A DNA stretch of 64,000 nt from Convolutriloba macropyga (lineage: Eukaryota): assembly GCF_964194025.1 (NCBI RefSeq), contig NC_134470.1, positions 24,552,001 to 24,616,000 on the forward strand. The letters are read 5' to 3'. The notes beneath the pieces were generated by a model. That model saw only the letters and a program-made list of their open reading frames with translations, was not told the DNA's origin and did not search any database. The position numbers and the translations under genes are program-made. This document shows, one piece after another, positions 35,923 to 50,800 of this stretch (positions within the stretch are counted from its first letter, which is position 1; each line of letters begins with the position of its first letter).

Positions 35923-38900
35923 TGTCAGTAGAGATTCAATTTTCAGCAATCTTGGCAGTGCACAACACTGTCATAGAAGCAATCAAGCTGAAAAGAAGTG
36001 ATTTATATTGGTTAAATGATCTTCGAGAAAAAACAACATTTATTTCGATTCGAATACTCTGAGTTAAATTATGGAACAACTTTGTTTCTCTATTGGGTTC
36101 ATTAACCAACAATATCAAAACTATGCTAGACTTCGTTAAAACCAGTTAGAGCAAATGATTATTTGCGTTGCTCAAAGCTTCTCCTACTTGGGAATTTTTT
36201 TCCTCAGAAGGAATGTTTTGAAAATATCAAAGTTATATCTCTTATCAACAAGACAAAGTTAATTTAAACTGGGCAATCACTAAGATCTACAGAAACAAGA
36301 TACGTTGACAAGCCGTTTATTGCTCAAGACACGTGCTTCACTATGCACTGTTTGTCAGTTTAATAAGACAATTTTAGCGAGTTTCAACTGATTTTTGTTA
36401 TTTTTCAAGCTCCTTTTATGCTGATAGTCACGTGGTTTTACATGTCAAAATTTCATCTCTGATTTGCTGTGGATAAAGATGTCGATCGAATGTAAACAAT
36501 TTTCAATTACCTCACTTTTTGGTGTAAATTTGATGTCATGGGAAGTTTGTTAACCATGTAGAAGTTTTGTCGAATGTCTGTATCAAAAACAGGTTGATTC
36601 AAAAACCAATCGCAAAGAATCTGATGCAATATTGTGAGGTCGTAGTATTGTTTCGCTGGGTGTTGAGTGCTGGGTGTTGATGTAGTTCCAATTTGAGTGC
36701 AACTTCATGTATTGTGATTGCACACTAAAAATAGCTACTGAATAGAAAAGTTGACGGACATGAACAAATCAATATTCAGTGCCTGATTCCTCCTTGAAGC
36801 GCTAATCAACTCGGTTGTTGATTCAGTAAGCTCAGCCACCACATCGCCGACCCTGTTTTCTATCGCAAAAACATCTCTACTTGCTAATATAGAGGTGAGT
36901 TTCACTAGTGGTCTCTTGTAAACTCTGTCGTTCGGTGGAACTATCGCCGATCGAAGCACACCGTCAGATCTATCGATGGTCTCAATAATTGGACCCACAT
37001 TTTATTATCCTTGATTATAGCTGTCTTCGGTCAACCAAACAAGACCGCCTTCGTTAAGGGTTTTGTTAGCCGTAGATCGCCATTTTTCCGGTAATTCCAC
37101 GTTGGCAGACACTCCTGACAAAATCTGTCCCAAATGAGATTTGCATAGGCTTGAGTTTGTTGAAAGAGTTTTCGATAATCAACAAATTTTTCTGCGCATG
37201 GTAGAAAAGGTAAGCAAACATTCTTATTGCCAAACAAAAACTGATTGGGGGTCAATGCCTCTAAATCATTAAAGTCTGAGCTGACTGGAGTCAACGATTT
37301 TGCGTTCCTTGTCTGTTCTACTATACACATCGTCGTTGAAAGAAAGTCGTTTTTAATTGATCTCTTCCCCAACATACATTGTTTTCTTGCAGCTTTGACC
37401 ATTCGTTCCCAAACTCCTCCAATGTGAGGTGCTGCTTTTGCTTTTTCTCTTTCTTCAACGCTGACTGCAAGTGTTGCTGGTTTGTATTTGGTCAATGCTC
37501 TCTGTAAGAATGCCACCGCATTCTTTAGTCTGTTAAGTTTACTGAATTTTTCCCCGCTGAATAACAGTTTTCTTTTCGTCAGCCTGTATAATGAAGGCTG
37601 ACAAGGGTATTTTCTCTTCATCTGATGCAAAGAGTAATTTCATTGGCTCTGGCCACTTGTTTTCTGGACGCTTCAACAAGACCGGACCAGTGAGCCACTC
37701 ACTTCTCTTGAGTTCGTCAATATTAATTAGTGTGGTGCCAATATCTGCTGGGTTACTGATACCTCTCACATGTTCCCACTGTGAAACATCAGTTGTGTCC
37801 AAAATTTCAGGTACTCGATTGGTCACAAACAATTGTTGTTTACTAAGGGAGCTCTGTATCCACTCCAAAACTGTCGTTCAGTCTGACTAGAGACTGCAAC
37901 TAGTTATCTTCATTCCATGGTCCTTGACTACCTTTTCTTTCAACCTCACTGCCATGACTGCCATCTGTAATTCCAGTCGTGGTATTGAAAGATGTCTCGT
38001 TGGGATCACTCTGCATTTTCCAATGACAATAGCTAAGTCAGCTGAGTATCCTTTTGGTTGTGAATTTAGATAGGCCGCTGCACACATGGTGTCTTCAGAT
38101 GCATCAGCAAACACTTGAAGTTCGGTTTTAACCCTCACTTTACTGAAGTAAATTTTTGCGATGCTTGTTTCAGCTACAATTGGAAGTTGTTTCTTCCACA
38201 GCTGTAATTCACCAGGCTCCACTTCATTGTCCCAATGTTGTTCACTCAACGTACAAACGCATTTCGGAAGTCGTCTCATGTGAACTCTGAAAAGACAGAA
38301 CAATCCGTTCGGCTCGAATACTGAGTGAGAGCAGTAGAGTGAGAGCAAAAGAGATTACTAGAAAATGAAGAACGAAAGCGTGAAAAGGTCACTCGAGAAT
38401 TCAAAATTTGTTCTAGAAAAAAACAAAAAATGGTCCAGCAAAAAATTTTCATAAAAGACCAACACTTACACTCAGTGCTACGAACTTCCTCGAGAGCAAT
38501 TAAAAACAGTAGGTCGTGTCCAAAATTACAATTCGAAGAATTATCAGACACTGAACGAAAGCCAGACCTCACTCAAATTGAGGAATGGGATACCATTGAC
38601 AGAATATTCCTCTGAGTTATATTTGCTTAGACCTCCTTGTTTGTACCTCTGCACACTTGAAGACTATCATCTGTTACAGTCCATTGTAGTCCAAGCACTT
38701 GAGGATCCCCCGTTATTAAGTTCCACTACGACAAGCTTCGTGTTGCTGATTGACTTCAGGCCTTCTCGAATTGTTTCGAATACTGCTTCGTTGTTGCTTA
38801 ATCATTTGTTCGATTCAAATTCAAGAAGAGAAGAGGTTCATGGACGCCATAGAAACCTCAAGCACTTCTCTGTTTGAGATTTTGCACATGTAGAAACATC

Positions 38901-41900
38901 GATTTGATGCCCGCTGTCAGGGCTAATGGTCTTTCGCAAAATTTGAATATCGTTCCAATCAAACCGTGTAGCAGATCAGTTCTTTCTAGTAGCTTGTCAT
39001 TTAGGCATGCCTCTGTGAACTTTGATACACAATTTCAAACACGTCTTACCTTGCCAGCTTTGTTCGGGTTTTGTACTGAATTATGTGGCAAATATCATTT
39101 TTTTCCGCAGGTGGCTTTCACTGCAGACCCGAACAATACCTTTATGGATCCCTTTTGTACATATGTATATATTGACTGTTGATGCAAGCTTTTTGGGATT
39201 GGATCCGTTTGGAATCTTGGCTCTATCTTGGTTTCTATGGCCTTCCAGGTTTGTATGTTCTCAGCCACTCTTGCGTCTTCCAACGTTTTGTCTCTTTTTA
39301 TCCGTCATTGGTCAACTGACTACCCATGCTAGTTCTGTTGGAATGGCGAAAGTTTCGCTTTGTGCTCCTAAATTGTGGTCCAATGGGCGTTATAGCTTGA
39401 AAGTTTTTTGACTAAGGATGATACCAACTTCCATCAAGTTGAAGCTTTTGTTGGGCAGAACACTCAAACGAGTGAAGCTTTACTTCAGCTTGTTGTAGTC
39501 TTAGTTTTTGTATCCCAGTCATACTGACGGGTGTTCAAATGAATGGTTTGAATGCACCATTGAATGTAGTCTCTTTATTTTGAGTGTAAAGCTTTTTGTC
39601 TTCAGATCCTTTGTTTCTTGTATGTCAGCTATGTTGAGTGTAACATCAATACCTTGAGCTCGTAAATTCTTGTGCACCCTTTGATTGATGATTGAAACAT
39701 TTGCTTCAATATCGAGGAAAGCATTTGTGTTCAGCATATTGCCACCGCTTTTTATTGAAACCAGAATTCTCTGAAGAAAACTCGTATCTTCGTTAGTTTG
39801 GTTGATTGTTGTTGCCCTTTCTTAACTGCGGGGTTGCCCTCTTCCATTTGGTTTTCTGAGTGTAGCAATTTGTTGTGCTTCTTGATGCATCCATTGACAC
39901 CGCACGCATTGGCTCTACAATCCTTGATTGCATGTCCTTTGCCTAGACATCAGTAACAAATCTGTTGCTTCCTCACTGCTGCGTACCGATCATTCACACT
40001 CATGTTCCTGAATAACGGACAGTTCCAAAATTTATGATCAGCCAGCGGCCATCAGCCAGCGTACAGTTATCACTTTGCATTTGCTTCGCTTATTTCAAGT
40101 TCGAATTAGCACTGAAGTTCGATGTTTTGAAGAACTGTATTTGTGCTTCTTCGGTCTTCTTCTCTTCGCTCTCCCTTGAAAGCTGAAAACCCTTCATACA
40201 TGAATATCATCGTAGATAGCCATTCATCAAATATATTCAGATCAGGCCATTCCTCACATTCCTCATCTTCTTCATCAACATAAAACCACCACTTCTCATT
40301 GAGAACTTGAGGTAGTTTGTCTACAGCAATATACATTCTCGAGCTTGATTACAGATCATCAATCTGCTTGTACTCTTTGAGCATATTCACATAGTTTGAA
40401 ACAACAACAAGGAAATTGATCAGACCTGCTGAGTCTTGAGGTTTCACATGACTAGCCTGGAGACGACTCTCCAGCTGCGCATCGATGATCACATGAAATC
40501 CTCCAATTTTCTTCTCCAGAATGCTCCATTCAGCACCATCGAATTGTCCAGAATAGTCCACTCCAGATATTGCTGAATTGGCTTTGCCTGTCATCACAGT
40601 CTTTTGATAGCTCATCTTCTCTGAGTCTGGTAATAGGAGTAGATCTACAGTAGCAATGAACAAACTAGACCACTCCGGACCCTCGAGAGGATTTCCACCG
40701 AAATTGTTCAACTTCAGCTTTGGTAGGTTACTGCTACCTGAATAACCACTTTTGCATCGTAGGCCAGATCTGAGGGAAACCCCTTGGTTGTCGACACTTG
40801 CTGAACGGTCTGGTGAACTGAGATACCGTGAGAAGTGACTATGACTGTTTATTTCAGGGGTTCTTCGGAGTGAGCTGTTGATCGATCTGGTGTTAGAAGG
40901 TTGTCGATTCTACTGGCCCAGTCAGAGACACCTCTCTTTTTTGAGGACTAGTTGAAAAGTGGTTTGTCTCGAGGGCAAGTTGATGGGGAACGAATCTCAT
41001 CTCTCTCTATGGCAATTCTCTTCACTTTGCGCTGCAGCTCACGCTCTACCTTTAGTAGATGAAGCTTGGTTTCATTTCAGCAGAGATTCATTTTTCAGCA
41101 AACTTGGCAGTGCACAACACTGTTGTACAAGTATTCAAACGAAAAAAGTGATCTATATTGTTCAAATGATCTTCGAGAAATAACACAACACAAATTTTGT
41201 TTCCCTATTGGCTTCAATAACCACCAATATCCAAAATATGCTAGGCTTCGTTAAAACCACTAAGAGCAACTGACTATGTGTTTTGCACAAAGTTTCTCCT
41301 ACTTGGGAATTTTCTTTCTTAGAAGGAAAATTTTTAGAATGTCAAACTTAATTCCCTTCTCAGCAATTCAAAGTTAATTTAAACTTTACAGTCACTAAGA
41401 TCTACAGGAAAAAGACACGTTAACAAATAGTTTGCCGCTCCAAAAATGTGCTTCACTATGCACTGTATGTCAGTTTAACAAGACAAGTTTTGCAAATATT
41501 ACGACTGATTTTTGGTAGTTTTTCAAGCTCCTTTTATGCTGTTAGTCACGTGGTTTTGCATGTCATCTCTGATTTGTAGTCGATAAAGTTGTCGATAGAA
41601 TGTGAACAGTTTTCAGTTACCTCACTTTTTGGTGTAATTTTGATGTCTTCAGAAGTTTTTTAACATATAGAGGTTTTGTCGAATAATCTGTATCGATAAC
41701 AGGTTGATTCGCAAATCAATTGCAAGAATCTGCTGCAAAATTGTGAGGTCGTAGTGTTGTTTTGCTGAGTGTTGAGTGCTGGATGTTCCAGATTGAGTTC
41801 CACTTCATATATGACGATTCCGTACTAATGATAGCTACTAAATATAAAAGTTGATGAAGGTGAATATATCAATATGCCTTTAATAAAATATAGCATTAAT

Positions 41901-41994
41901 TTTCGCTTGTCATGCTATTCGAAATTCACTGCTTTGATTTTAACTTGAAGCGGTATTCAACTTGGTTGTTGGATTAGTAAGCTCGGCCACCACA
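35923..41994 (-). mobile_element. BEL/Pao LTR retrotransposon, decayed; LTRs ~920 bp (35923-36843, 41075-41994)
   Basis: Direct repeats ending CCACCACA; Pao RNase H motifs ELQVFADAS, IPRLEL, FVTNRV..I, NPADIGT; integrase C-terminus APHIGGVWERMV and LTPNQFL; gag-like F.GNPLE..EW (40349-40711); protease-like NAFLD (39519-39737); many stops and frameshifts. Confidence 0.92.
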
Positions 41995-43669
41995 GCAGAA
42001 ATATGCGACTGTCATGCGGCAAACCAGAACGCAAAAATGTTCGCCTATTATTTGAAAGGCTAGTGCATGATTAAACCGAACTGGCTCCGATAATACATAC
42101 AGCACCTGAAGAGCGTTTGAAAACTTACTACAAGAATAAAATTAGTGTTTTGTTGCATGTGTTCTGTAAAAAAAAAATTGAAAATAAATAAAAACTGTAG
42201 TAGGTTCGATTGCAAAACTAGGAAGGATAGGACTCATTTTCGGCATAAGGAAGTATTGTCAGATAACGTTTAGTTTTCCTGTCTCATACAGCTGACATTT
42301 GGCAATATTGCTTGGGATGACTTGCTTACATCTTCTGTTTGCCAAACCTGTCTGTTATTTACTACTCCTGTTTAATACTTCAGATGACATGTTTGATATA
42401 GATATATTCGAGGCAGGCAACTACCAAAGCTTAAATTCTTCTTCAAAATGCTTTTGGTTTTAGCTGAACAGATTACTCCTGTTTTCTGGAGAGACAGCTC
42501 GAAAACTTTATCTAATCGACAAAATAAATGAACAGAATACTTGAGATGTGCTTGTTTGTCTCAAAAAGTTATAACCGTATGACTGGCATTGAGGTGTCCA
42601 TGAGGCACTTGAGTCGCATTAGAAACTCTGAGCAGAGCAGTGAATTGAGCAGCCTCGGAGACTTAAAATTTTCCCAGACATGCTTCCAAGAGTTTTTAAG
42701 GAAAATTTGCTTTTCAAGGAAAAAGCAAAGAAAAGATTCATTTTAGTGCGAGCTAGCCCATGATTTCTTGGGTAGGATTTCTGTTTGCCCAAGTATTTCG
42801 AAAACAGTTAGATTTTGAGGTGGCGTAGAACTTCCCAGCAAGAGACGTATCAAACAAAATTTTTGGTTTAGTTTTGTTTTTTACTGATTGCTGCTAGAGC
42901 TTGTCTTTTTCTAATTTGTTTTTATCCCATAGTGTTTAAAAACAAGATATCAAGCAGAAAATTTAAATTTGCTTTCTGTCTGAAATTGGGTCTTAGCACG
43001 GTAATGATCTTTGCCATTTTCAACAAATTTGCCTTGGATGTGTGTTTTTGTTTTTATAGGAACAGATCTATGACTAGATTTTCTTTCCAATAAAGGTTAA
43101 TTTGTTACCAACAAATATTTTTGGTGTCCTAGCATGTTGTTGCATTACGCGAGACAATTGATTTAATGACTACATAATGACATTTATTGGTCTTCATCAG
43201 ATGTTTAAACAAATTCCATCATTTTGGTTTACATTAGTGATTTTTTCCTGATCAAATAGTTTGCCAAAACCAAGATGAGATTTTTACTTTTTGGTTGACC
43301 CTTTGATTAATTGGGACCACAAAAGATTTTTTTAAGGCACGACTATATATTTTTGCTCAAGTAACTAACTTCAGATTAAACATATTCAAAAAAAATGTTC
43401 CCTCCAGTTGGATACTTAGTGACAACTTTCACGACATAAAAACGAAAATTCATTCGAGGTTTTAGTGCTGGCTTTAAATGATTGATGGAATAGCACCCAC
43501 AAAATTTAATTTCCGGTTTTCACTCACAGCGGCATCTACCTGGCTTGCAAAAGGGGCCAAAATGTTGGTGTTAATTTTTTTGGGTTAATCTTTTGTTTTA
43601 AAAATTCGAAAGCTGCTCTGTTTTTTTTGTTTCCCTGAGATTGTTGTCTACTGTATTGAATTATCTTTT

Positions 43670-45940
43670 TTGTTCCGACCCATTTTAGTGGGGGGAGGAA
43701 CTATATACTCAAATGTAGTTTTTAAAATTCAGACTTTTTTCGTCAAAAATGGGACCAAATTCGCGTTTTTAGCCCACTTGCTTTAAATTTCCTGGAAGCA
43801 GACACCATAAAACTGCGGCCATATTCCTCTTAAGCTCAAAAAAGAGCTAGTTGTGCTCCCGCTGACTTTAAGAGTCTTCCTGATTTATAATTTTGCCAGT
43901 TTTTTGCAAACTTAAAATCGATAATTGTACAAAATGCATTAATTATTTCTGACAAAAAGAAAAATTTTGTTGAAAAATTGATCTATTTCGACAATATTTG
44001 AACAATTGAGTGTTTTATAGACACGCAGCACAATTTGAGCTGATCTTGATCTCACAATGGATCCTTACGAAAAAAAAATTACTAGATTTTAATAGTATTT
44101 TTTTCTAGAATTTTTTTTACAAAAAATTTCCGCTATGTAAATATTTTTTTACGTAAAATATTTACAATAATTTGAAATAAGTGCTCAAATAATGACAGAT
44201 AGATTATACAAAAAACCAAACGAGGTTTTTCACGGTTCCCGAGTTAAGCTCATGGCTTTTATGACTCTGACCAATTGATTTTGTGAAAGTTTTTTGGACT
44301 TCTTGAGTTTTGCTTTCAATTGTTATACTTGTAGCCCAATGACTTAGTGTCACCATTCAACAAACCTGTTAACTTTTAGGAGGTACAAAAGAACCTAGAC
44401 AATTTTTTCTTTTGTTATCTAAAGTCTGTTATGATTTTGGATATTTTTGTTTTAAGAAAGGATTGACGAATTTTTGAACTTTGCCAAAATTTTATCTCAT
44501 TTTTCTCAATTTTGGGCAAAATCTCATTAAGAACAGGCAACAACCAATTTCCTGTAAGTTACAAACTAATATCGGCAAAATTTTTATGTTCAACTAATGC
44601 TTTCTTTGTTTTCATACTACGCATTTTGTTTGCCTGTCGAATTATCACATTATTAAGAAAAAAAATTGAAGGATTGGATAGTAGGGAAACACACTATGTT
44701 GGAACAAAGCGTATCTGTATATGTTAAATTTTGTTGTTGAAGAGTTTATGCTTTTTGGGCGGAGACACAGTTATCTCTGAAAAATTTGTGGATTTTTTGT
44801 TTTTGCCTATGTTTGTCTGTTTTGCGTTCTTGTTGTACGCCATTTACCTGATAACGATAGGTCTCATTTGCTTCTCCAGGACGTATAACTCAAACTAGTT
44901 AAGATTTCAGTTTATAGTTGTTTGTTTTAATGAATAAAACTAATTTAAAAAAATTCAACTGTCTCTTCTTGCTAATTTTTGGCTTCTGCTTGTATTTATT
45001 GTTAATTTTTAGTTTGATGATTTACTCTAATTGTTAACAGTCCCAATTGGTTGTCGGAAGTGCTGCAACATAAATCCGTCGCTTTTTCTTGAAATCCTAC
45101 GTCTGTTTTGATTTTTATTAATTTGTTTTCAAAAACATATTTGGGTTTTTAAGCTTCGTCATTTTTAAAAAAGTTGTTCGACCAATTTGTAGCTCAATCT
45201 TTGTAAACACAGGTCATAAACTGTTTCCATTTAGCTATACTTTAATCTGTTTGACGGTTTTAGCTTCAATCATTTTTTTCTCGGCTTTGTTCCTACTGTT
45301 ACTACGAGATTTTATAAAATGTTTGAGGTTTTATATCTTTGTACAATTTAAAGGGTTGTTTTATTCCGTTTACTTTTTAATACTAATTGTAGATACAACT
45401 GGCTTTGAATTTCTGCGCAATTGAACATTGGATGATGACATGTCTCAGTTGCTTCCTATGGAGATATTATTGAACATTTTAACGATATCAGTTGATATGT
45501 GATAAAATTAATAACTGAAATTAATTGTTGTCAATTTTTTTAATGTATTTTTGAGCTTCGCACCTCTTTGCTCTTTTTTTCAAACTGTTAACTGGTCGCA
45601 TATCTTTTCTAATGAAGCATAGGTTAAATTGTTTTGTTTAGGTTTTATCTGATGCGAGTTTGATTTTGTTATGACTTTTTCATTATAGACATCGAGTTTT
45701 GGTCAAAAATAATGTTTGTTGTTTGATTTTCATTATTTTCCTTTCTAGCAGTCCTTTTATCAACAACTTTCATAGGTCCTCTAACGTGGCATTATTGTAT
45801 TCCATTGATTGTTTATTGAACGATATGTATGTTTTTGAAAGTTTTCTATCTCTTCATCATTTGGTAGCCAATTAAGTCAAGAATGTGGATGAGCGGGTCG
45901 GAACCTTATGTGCGTACGCACATAACCGAGCCTCCTTGTT
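43670..45940 (+). mobile_element. HINE-like element, copy 2
   Basis: TTGTTCCGACCC ... GGGTCGGAAC (45904), perfect 20-bp palindrome TTATGTGCGTACGCACATAA (45906-45925), CCTTGTT end. Confidence 0.75.
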
Positions 45941-46451
45941 GCTAGTATAACCTGTAAACCCAAGACTTGGAAACCTGAAACTCTTGAAACCCAAAAAATG
46001 AACGGTCTTGATACACATGGTCGAGAGAAAGTTGGTCAGAAACGCAAGGGCTAGAAAGAGCTGGTAAAACACTTTTAAAGTTTAGTTTCCAATTTCGGCA
46101 GATAAAAAAATGCGTCATGCCGAACAGAATAATTTAGGTGGCAGAGTTTCCAATCATTTATAAACAAAGTGTTAGATCGTTGGAGATGTTCTAAATTGGT
46201 ACAGTTAGCCTAAATTGATTCAGAAAGGAAACAATGTAGTTGCTGAAACTTGTTATGCATTGCTGCGCTAAAATAAATCTCTCAGGATTCAGAAGTAAAA
46301 TAAAACGTTCACTCGTAGTTTAAAAATATACAAATACAATTTGCTTAATCTGCTATTATATCATGGAGCAATGAGAAAATGATATGTGTATTTAAAATAC
46401 CGATATAGTTTTGCGATGTAAAATTTAACCAATAACCCCACTGAAACATAA

Positions 46452-46550
46452 AAGTTATTTGAACGTTTCCTATTTTGGTTAAATTGAAGGCTATTTTGGT
46501 TAAATTGAATTCCTAAGTTATTTGAACGTTTCCTATTTTGGTTAAATTGA
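46452..46550. repeat. Short local tandem duplication
   Basis: AAGTTATTTGAACGTTTCCTATTTTGGTTAAATTGAA twice plus a partial third copy. Confidence 0.85.
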
Positions 46551-47897
46551 ACCAGTGTCTTGAAGCATTTCGCGCATACTTCTATTGAAGTATATACTTA
46601 TGGTAAATGGTGACCTTATTATCTGTTTCAAACAGGCAGATGACATAATACCTGCACAGATTACTAGGACAAGAGAGATGATTTTGAGTGATTAGCAAAG
46701 CAACGAAGCCATTTTCAATCTTTTGTTCATCAGCTTCTTTCACATGGGCCGAGAGCCCTCAGTCAAAATCAACAAAGTTGAGATTCACTGGCAATATTGT
46801 GGAATAATGAACAAGAAATATCCCAGATGAAAGCATAACCCACGTTCTCAAAGTAATCAGCGGCATTAGACATGAAAAACATACATATTCAGAATTGCAA
46901 TTTAAGTTTGATCATCAATGTTCGAGATTCTTTGAAAATTATGTCTTTTTAGATATTTCTCTAATTGCAGTCAGCGACAGACGATTACAAGTTGGAAAAT
47001 TATAAATGTTGTAATTTTTAATAGCGTGCTCAGCTTCTCAGCCGGTAATTATAGAGATCCTATTTTTTATTACAATTGAAAGAATTTGAACTGTATTAGG
47101 GCGCTGTCTTTCTACAATTCAAAGAATTTGTTCAGTAAAGCCCAGTAAAGCCCAGCAAGCATTTAGTTTCTATTGAGGCCGAAAGTGGGCTTTAGTAGAC
47201 CTTGAAGTGCTTAGAGTCGTGTAGCTGCTGGGATGGCCCTAATTTAAGGTTAAAATATTAGTTTTAAGAGTTTTCGGGCTCAAAATAGAGCAATTTTCCA
47301 TTCTTTGTAATTTTCCGAGTTTTTTTGTTTGATTACTTGTAGGTTGAAAGTTTCTCAAGTTGATGAAGGTTTTTTGCGAGACAAAATTACAGGTTATGGC
47401 TATTTCATGGGCTATAAATTTTGGTACTACAAACACAAACATGCAAAATGACACTAATTTTTGCATTTTTTTTCCAGAATTCTGAAAATTTTTGTCAATT
47501 TTTGACTTTTTTCCAGCCTCAATTGATTTGTTTGAACAATTTAGTAGAACGAATTTCTACTTTCTGAAACTTGATATTTTGTCTAAAAATTATTGTCTAT
47601 CGATATATAATTGAGCACATTAGTTTTTTAGGGATTAGAACTGGTTTACTGGATAGCCTGTAGAGACGCAGTACTGGTTCCGAAGATAATAATCGACAAT
47701 TTTTTGTCGTTTTCTGAGATAAGCAATCTTCAACGGCCAATGAATATTTTCAGGTCTTGCAGATATAATATTGGACCAATTATATAGACAAAAATTGGTT
47801 TTATATCATATTTTTGAAATAGGTATAATTGAAGGGATCAAATTTTGCCTTCGGTTTAGAAACAATGAGTATAGTTTATTTAGTTTGTTTGACGGTT

Positions 47898-50800
47898 TGT
47901 TATAGCTGAGAGTAGCTAATTGAATTGTATTAGTATCGCAAATGCACTGTCTTAAATCTACCGTGGAATCGCGATGCGAATCCGTAATTATGTGCGTTTT
48001 ACTGAATTTACTATATGGAATCTCAAGGCGAATCCAGAGTAGTTTTATCTTGTGTAATTGAAGAGCGATTGCAGAGACAACTTGAATTCAGACGATTAAT
48101 CGAGTTTATGATTACTATCATAAAATAGTGTGAACAAAATATGAAATAATTTGTAGACTAGCGGGAATATAATTATATGTGAACAATAAAAGTCATCATA
48201 ACCTTAGTTATAAAATGCATGCTATAAATATTAAAATAGAGGGTAATTTTATAACTTAGTTCACGTAAGAGTTTCGATATATTTATGTATCCATAGGTAT
48301 CACATTTCTCCCATGACAGGAAAAATTATTGAAAGGTATTTACAGTTTTCTAGAAAAGACAACACAAATAAATTAAACGTATGCAAGAGAATAAACATTA
48401 CTAGTGGCATAAACATTACGTGGAAAAGCACCACGAATGTTAAGTTAAAGTAAACGAAAAAGCATAATTTTATGAATTTGTAGAGCAAAATCAAATTAAG
48501 AATTTTAAATGCACAAACATCGGATATGCTATTGAATACTGTATTATTGAGATTGAGAGGCAAATGCAACAATTTAAATTTGAAAACACAACTAAAACGG
48601 GAATCGCAGAGCGAATACATTAAAGAATTATGAATATGGAAATGAAGAAGAAATGTAACGAATAAATTTAAACACACACACACACACACACAATAAATTG
48701 GATTCGCAGAGCAAATTTATTACCTAAATTAAATGAAGTAATTCTTGACAGTTTGGGAGTTTTAACAGTTTTCATTAAATTTCATTCTCGGCATCCCATT
48801 CTGACATTTCTCTTTCTTGCTCATATTCATAACATCGGATTCGAGAATCGGGTGGTGATACTTGTCCAATCTGTATATCAGGCCTTTTTGGAGATGGAAT
48901 TCGGGATTGTTCTGCATTCTGAATTAATGCCACTACCGATTCTTCGGTTGCTTAACTTGTCTTACCTTGTTTTTTAGTTATTCGTTTCTTTTTCTTTGAA
49001 GAGCTAGATGAAGCCAAAGAGCTGGTTGGTGAAATATCTGCCTCCGAAAAGCCAAAAAATTGAAGTCGTTTACGCTTTGGTCCTTCATTCTTCGTTTGAG
49101 AGTCGGATACCAGTGACGATCCAGGTTGTTCATGATGTTTTGGTACTGGCGGAGCGGGTACTGATGAGGTTCCGGGTTGATCATGGGATATACTTTCACT
49201 GGGTTCTTTCAGGGAGGCTTTAGTTTGGCGACTTTTAGGTTGAGGCTTGGAAAGTTTACGAACTGTTAACGCACCGGTTACATTTGAATTGACGGACGAA
49301 ACTACTGATGTGATGTCTCGCTGACGATTACGGAGTTTAATTTCTCCCCTTTTTTGTTTTTTTTTCAAGTCATAGTTGTGTTTAGCTATCTTCGTTTCTG
49401 TGGTTTGTTCATATGGTGCAGGTCGAAGTTGCTCATATGTCCACAGATTAGTTGCTCGCTTAGCTTTAGTGCCAATTTTCGCAGGGTCACTGTCCCTAAA
49501 TTTTGGGTGCTCGTCCCGGCTCGTTACTGATAGTTGTTGTTTGGGAGGAGTTGGTGACGTAAGATCCGGTTTTAAGAACTTCATACAGATCAGCGAGTTG
49601 TCTTTTCGCTCTCTTCTTGTTCGGCAGTCTTCGGGCAAGTTTAACGTTCAACGATGCCTCAGTCCTGGGAATTGGATTGGAACACTTCAGGGTGAATTAT
49701 GAATCGCAATTCCTTGTTACTAGAGTCACGATAGCGGCGACCGGCGTCATGTTGTGCCCGACACATAGTTTTCTCAATTTCCAGGTCACTTCTATCGGGA
49801 TTGATCCATCCAGCCTCGTCAAGGAAATCTTCTGCGGGGACCGTATCAGCATCTAAATAGTGGTTAATAAATTTTTCATGAGTTAGATTTAAACTTGATG
49901 GAACAGTACTAATATTCCTTAAAGGAGTACTTGCAGGACAACCAAAATGAGCTTCAAACAGTGTTATCTTTGTAGTTTTCTGTTTTGTTAAACGGAGGTC
50001 TGAAAGAATCTGCCTAATTGCAATGGAAGTAGAAAAAGTTTCTTTATTTTCAGCTTTCATACAGTAGAGACGCCGTTTTATTTTTTGGATCATTTGCTCC
50101 ACTAATCCAATAGACCTATTATCGCCTACAGGAGCGTCGAGAATGTTAATATTATTCTTGCTGCAGAAATTTGTAACTTGTTTACCTACTATGCAGGTTG
50201 CTTGGTCTAAACGTAATGTTCGTCGAATTTCAAGATCATATGCATATTCACGCAGAAATTTAACTACATTTGCCCATTAGCCTTTTCGAAAATTTCAACT
50301 GTAGGATATTTTGAATAACGATTGATACATGTGAGAAAGTAGATTTGTTTATCTATTTCATTCAATATCGGACCCCCAAAATGAATTTGAATTCCTCATT
50401 AGGTTCTTGACATAGTTTATGCGGATGCCATTTAGATTTAGGAATAATAGATTTGAGATTCTTACCAATATCTGTACATGGGACACAATCAGAAGTTTTA
50501 GCGAGGATTTCACTGTGCATATCCGGCCACCATGCATATTGGGATATGGAGGTCATTCCCCAGCTACCGGGGTGGGTCAAATGAATCGACTCGATTACGG
50601 CATCTTTAATCGAGTTTGGGATCGCGACGCGTTCGTCGACGCAAAAACAACCAGATTTCATGTGGAGGTCCTTCCAGAAAGAGTGAATATATGCGTTGAC
50701 CTCTTTACATCTAGCATCGTCATCTTGCATCACACAATCCCGAATATTCTTTAAGATAGCATCCTTACTGGTTTGGACTGCGAGGAAGGACTTTGTGAAG

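Noticed and set aside
42292-42375. Last exon of the MFS gene after a good-looking CATACAG acceptor
   Set aside because: In the required phase it gives only SDIWQYCLG-stop with no convincing family similarity
48952-49638. env-like third ORF of the Gypsy element
   Set aside because: Hydrophilic Ser/Lys/Pro-rich, no signal peptide or transmembrane segment; likely the frameshifted pol C-terminal tail
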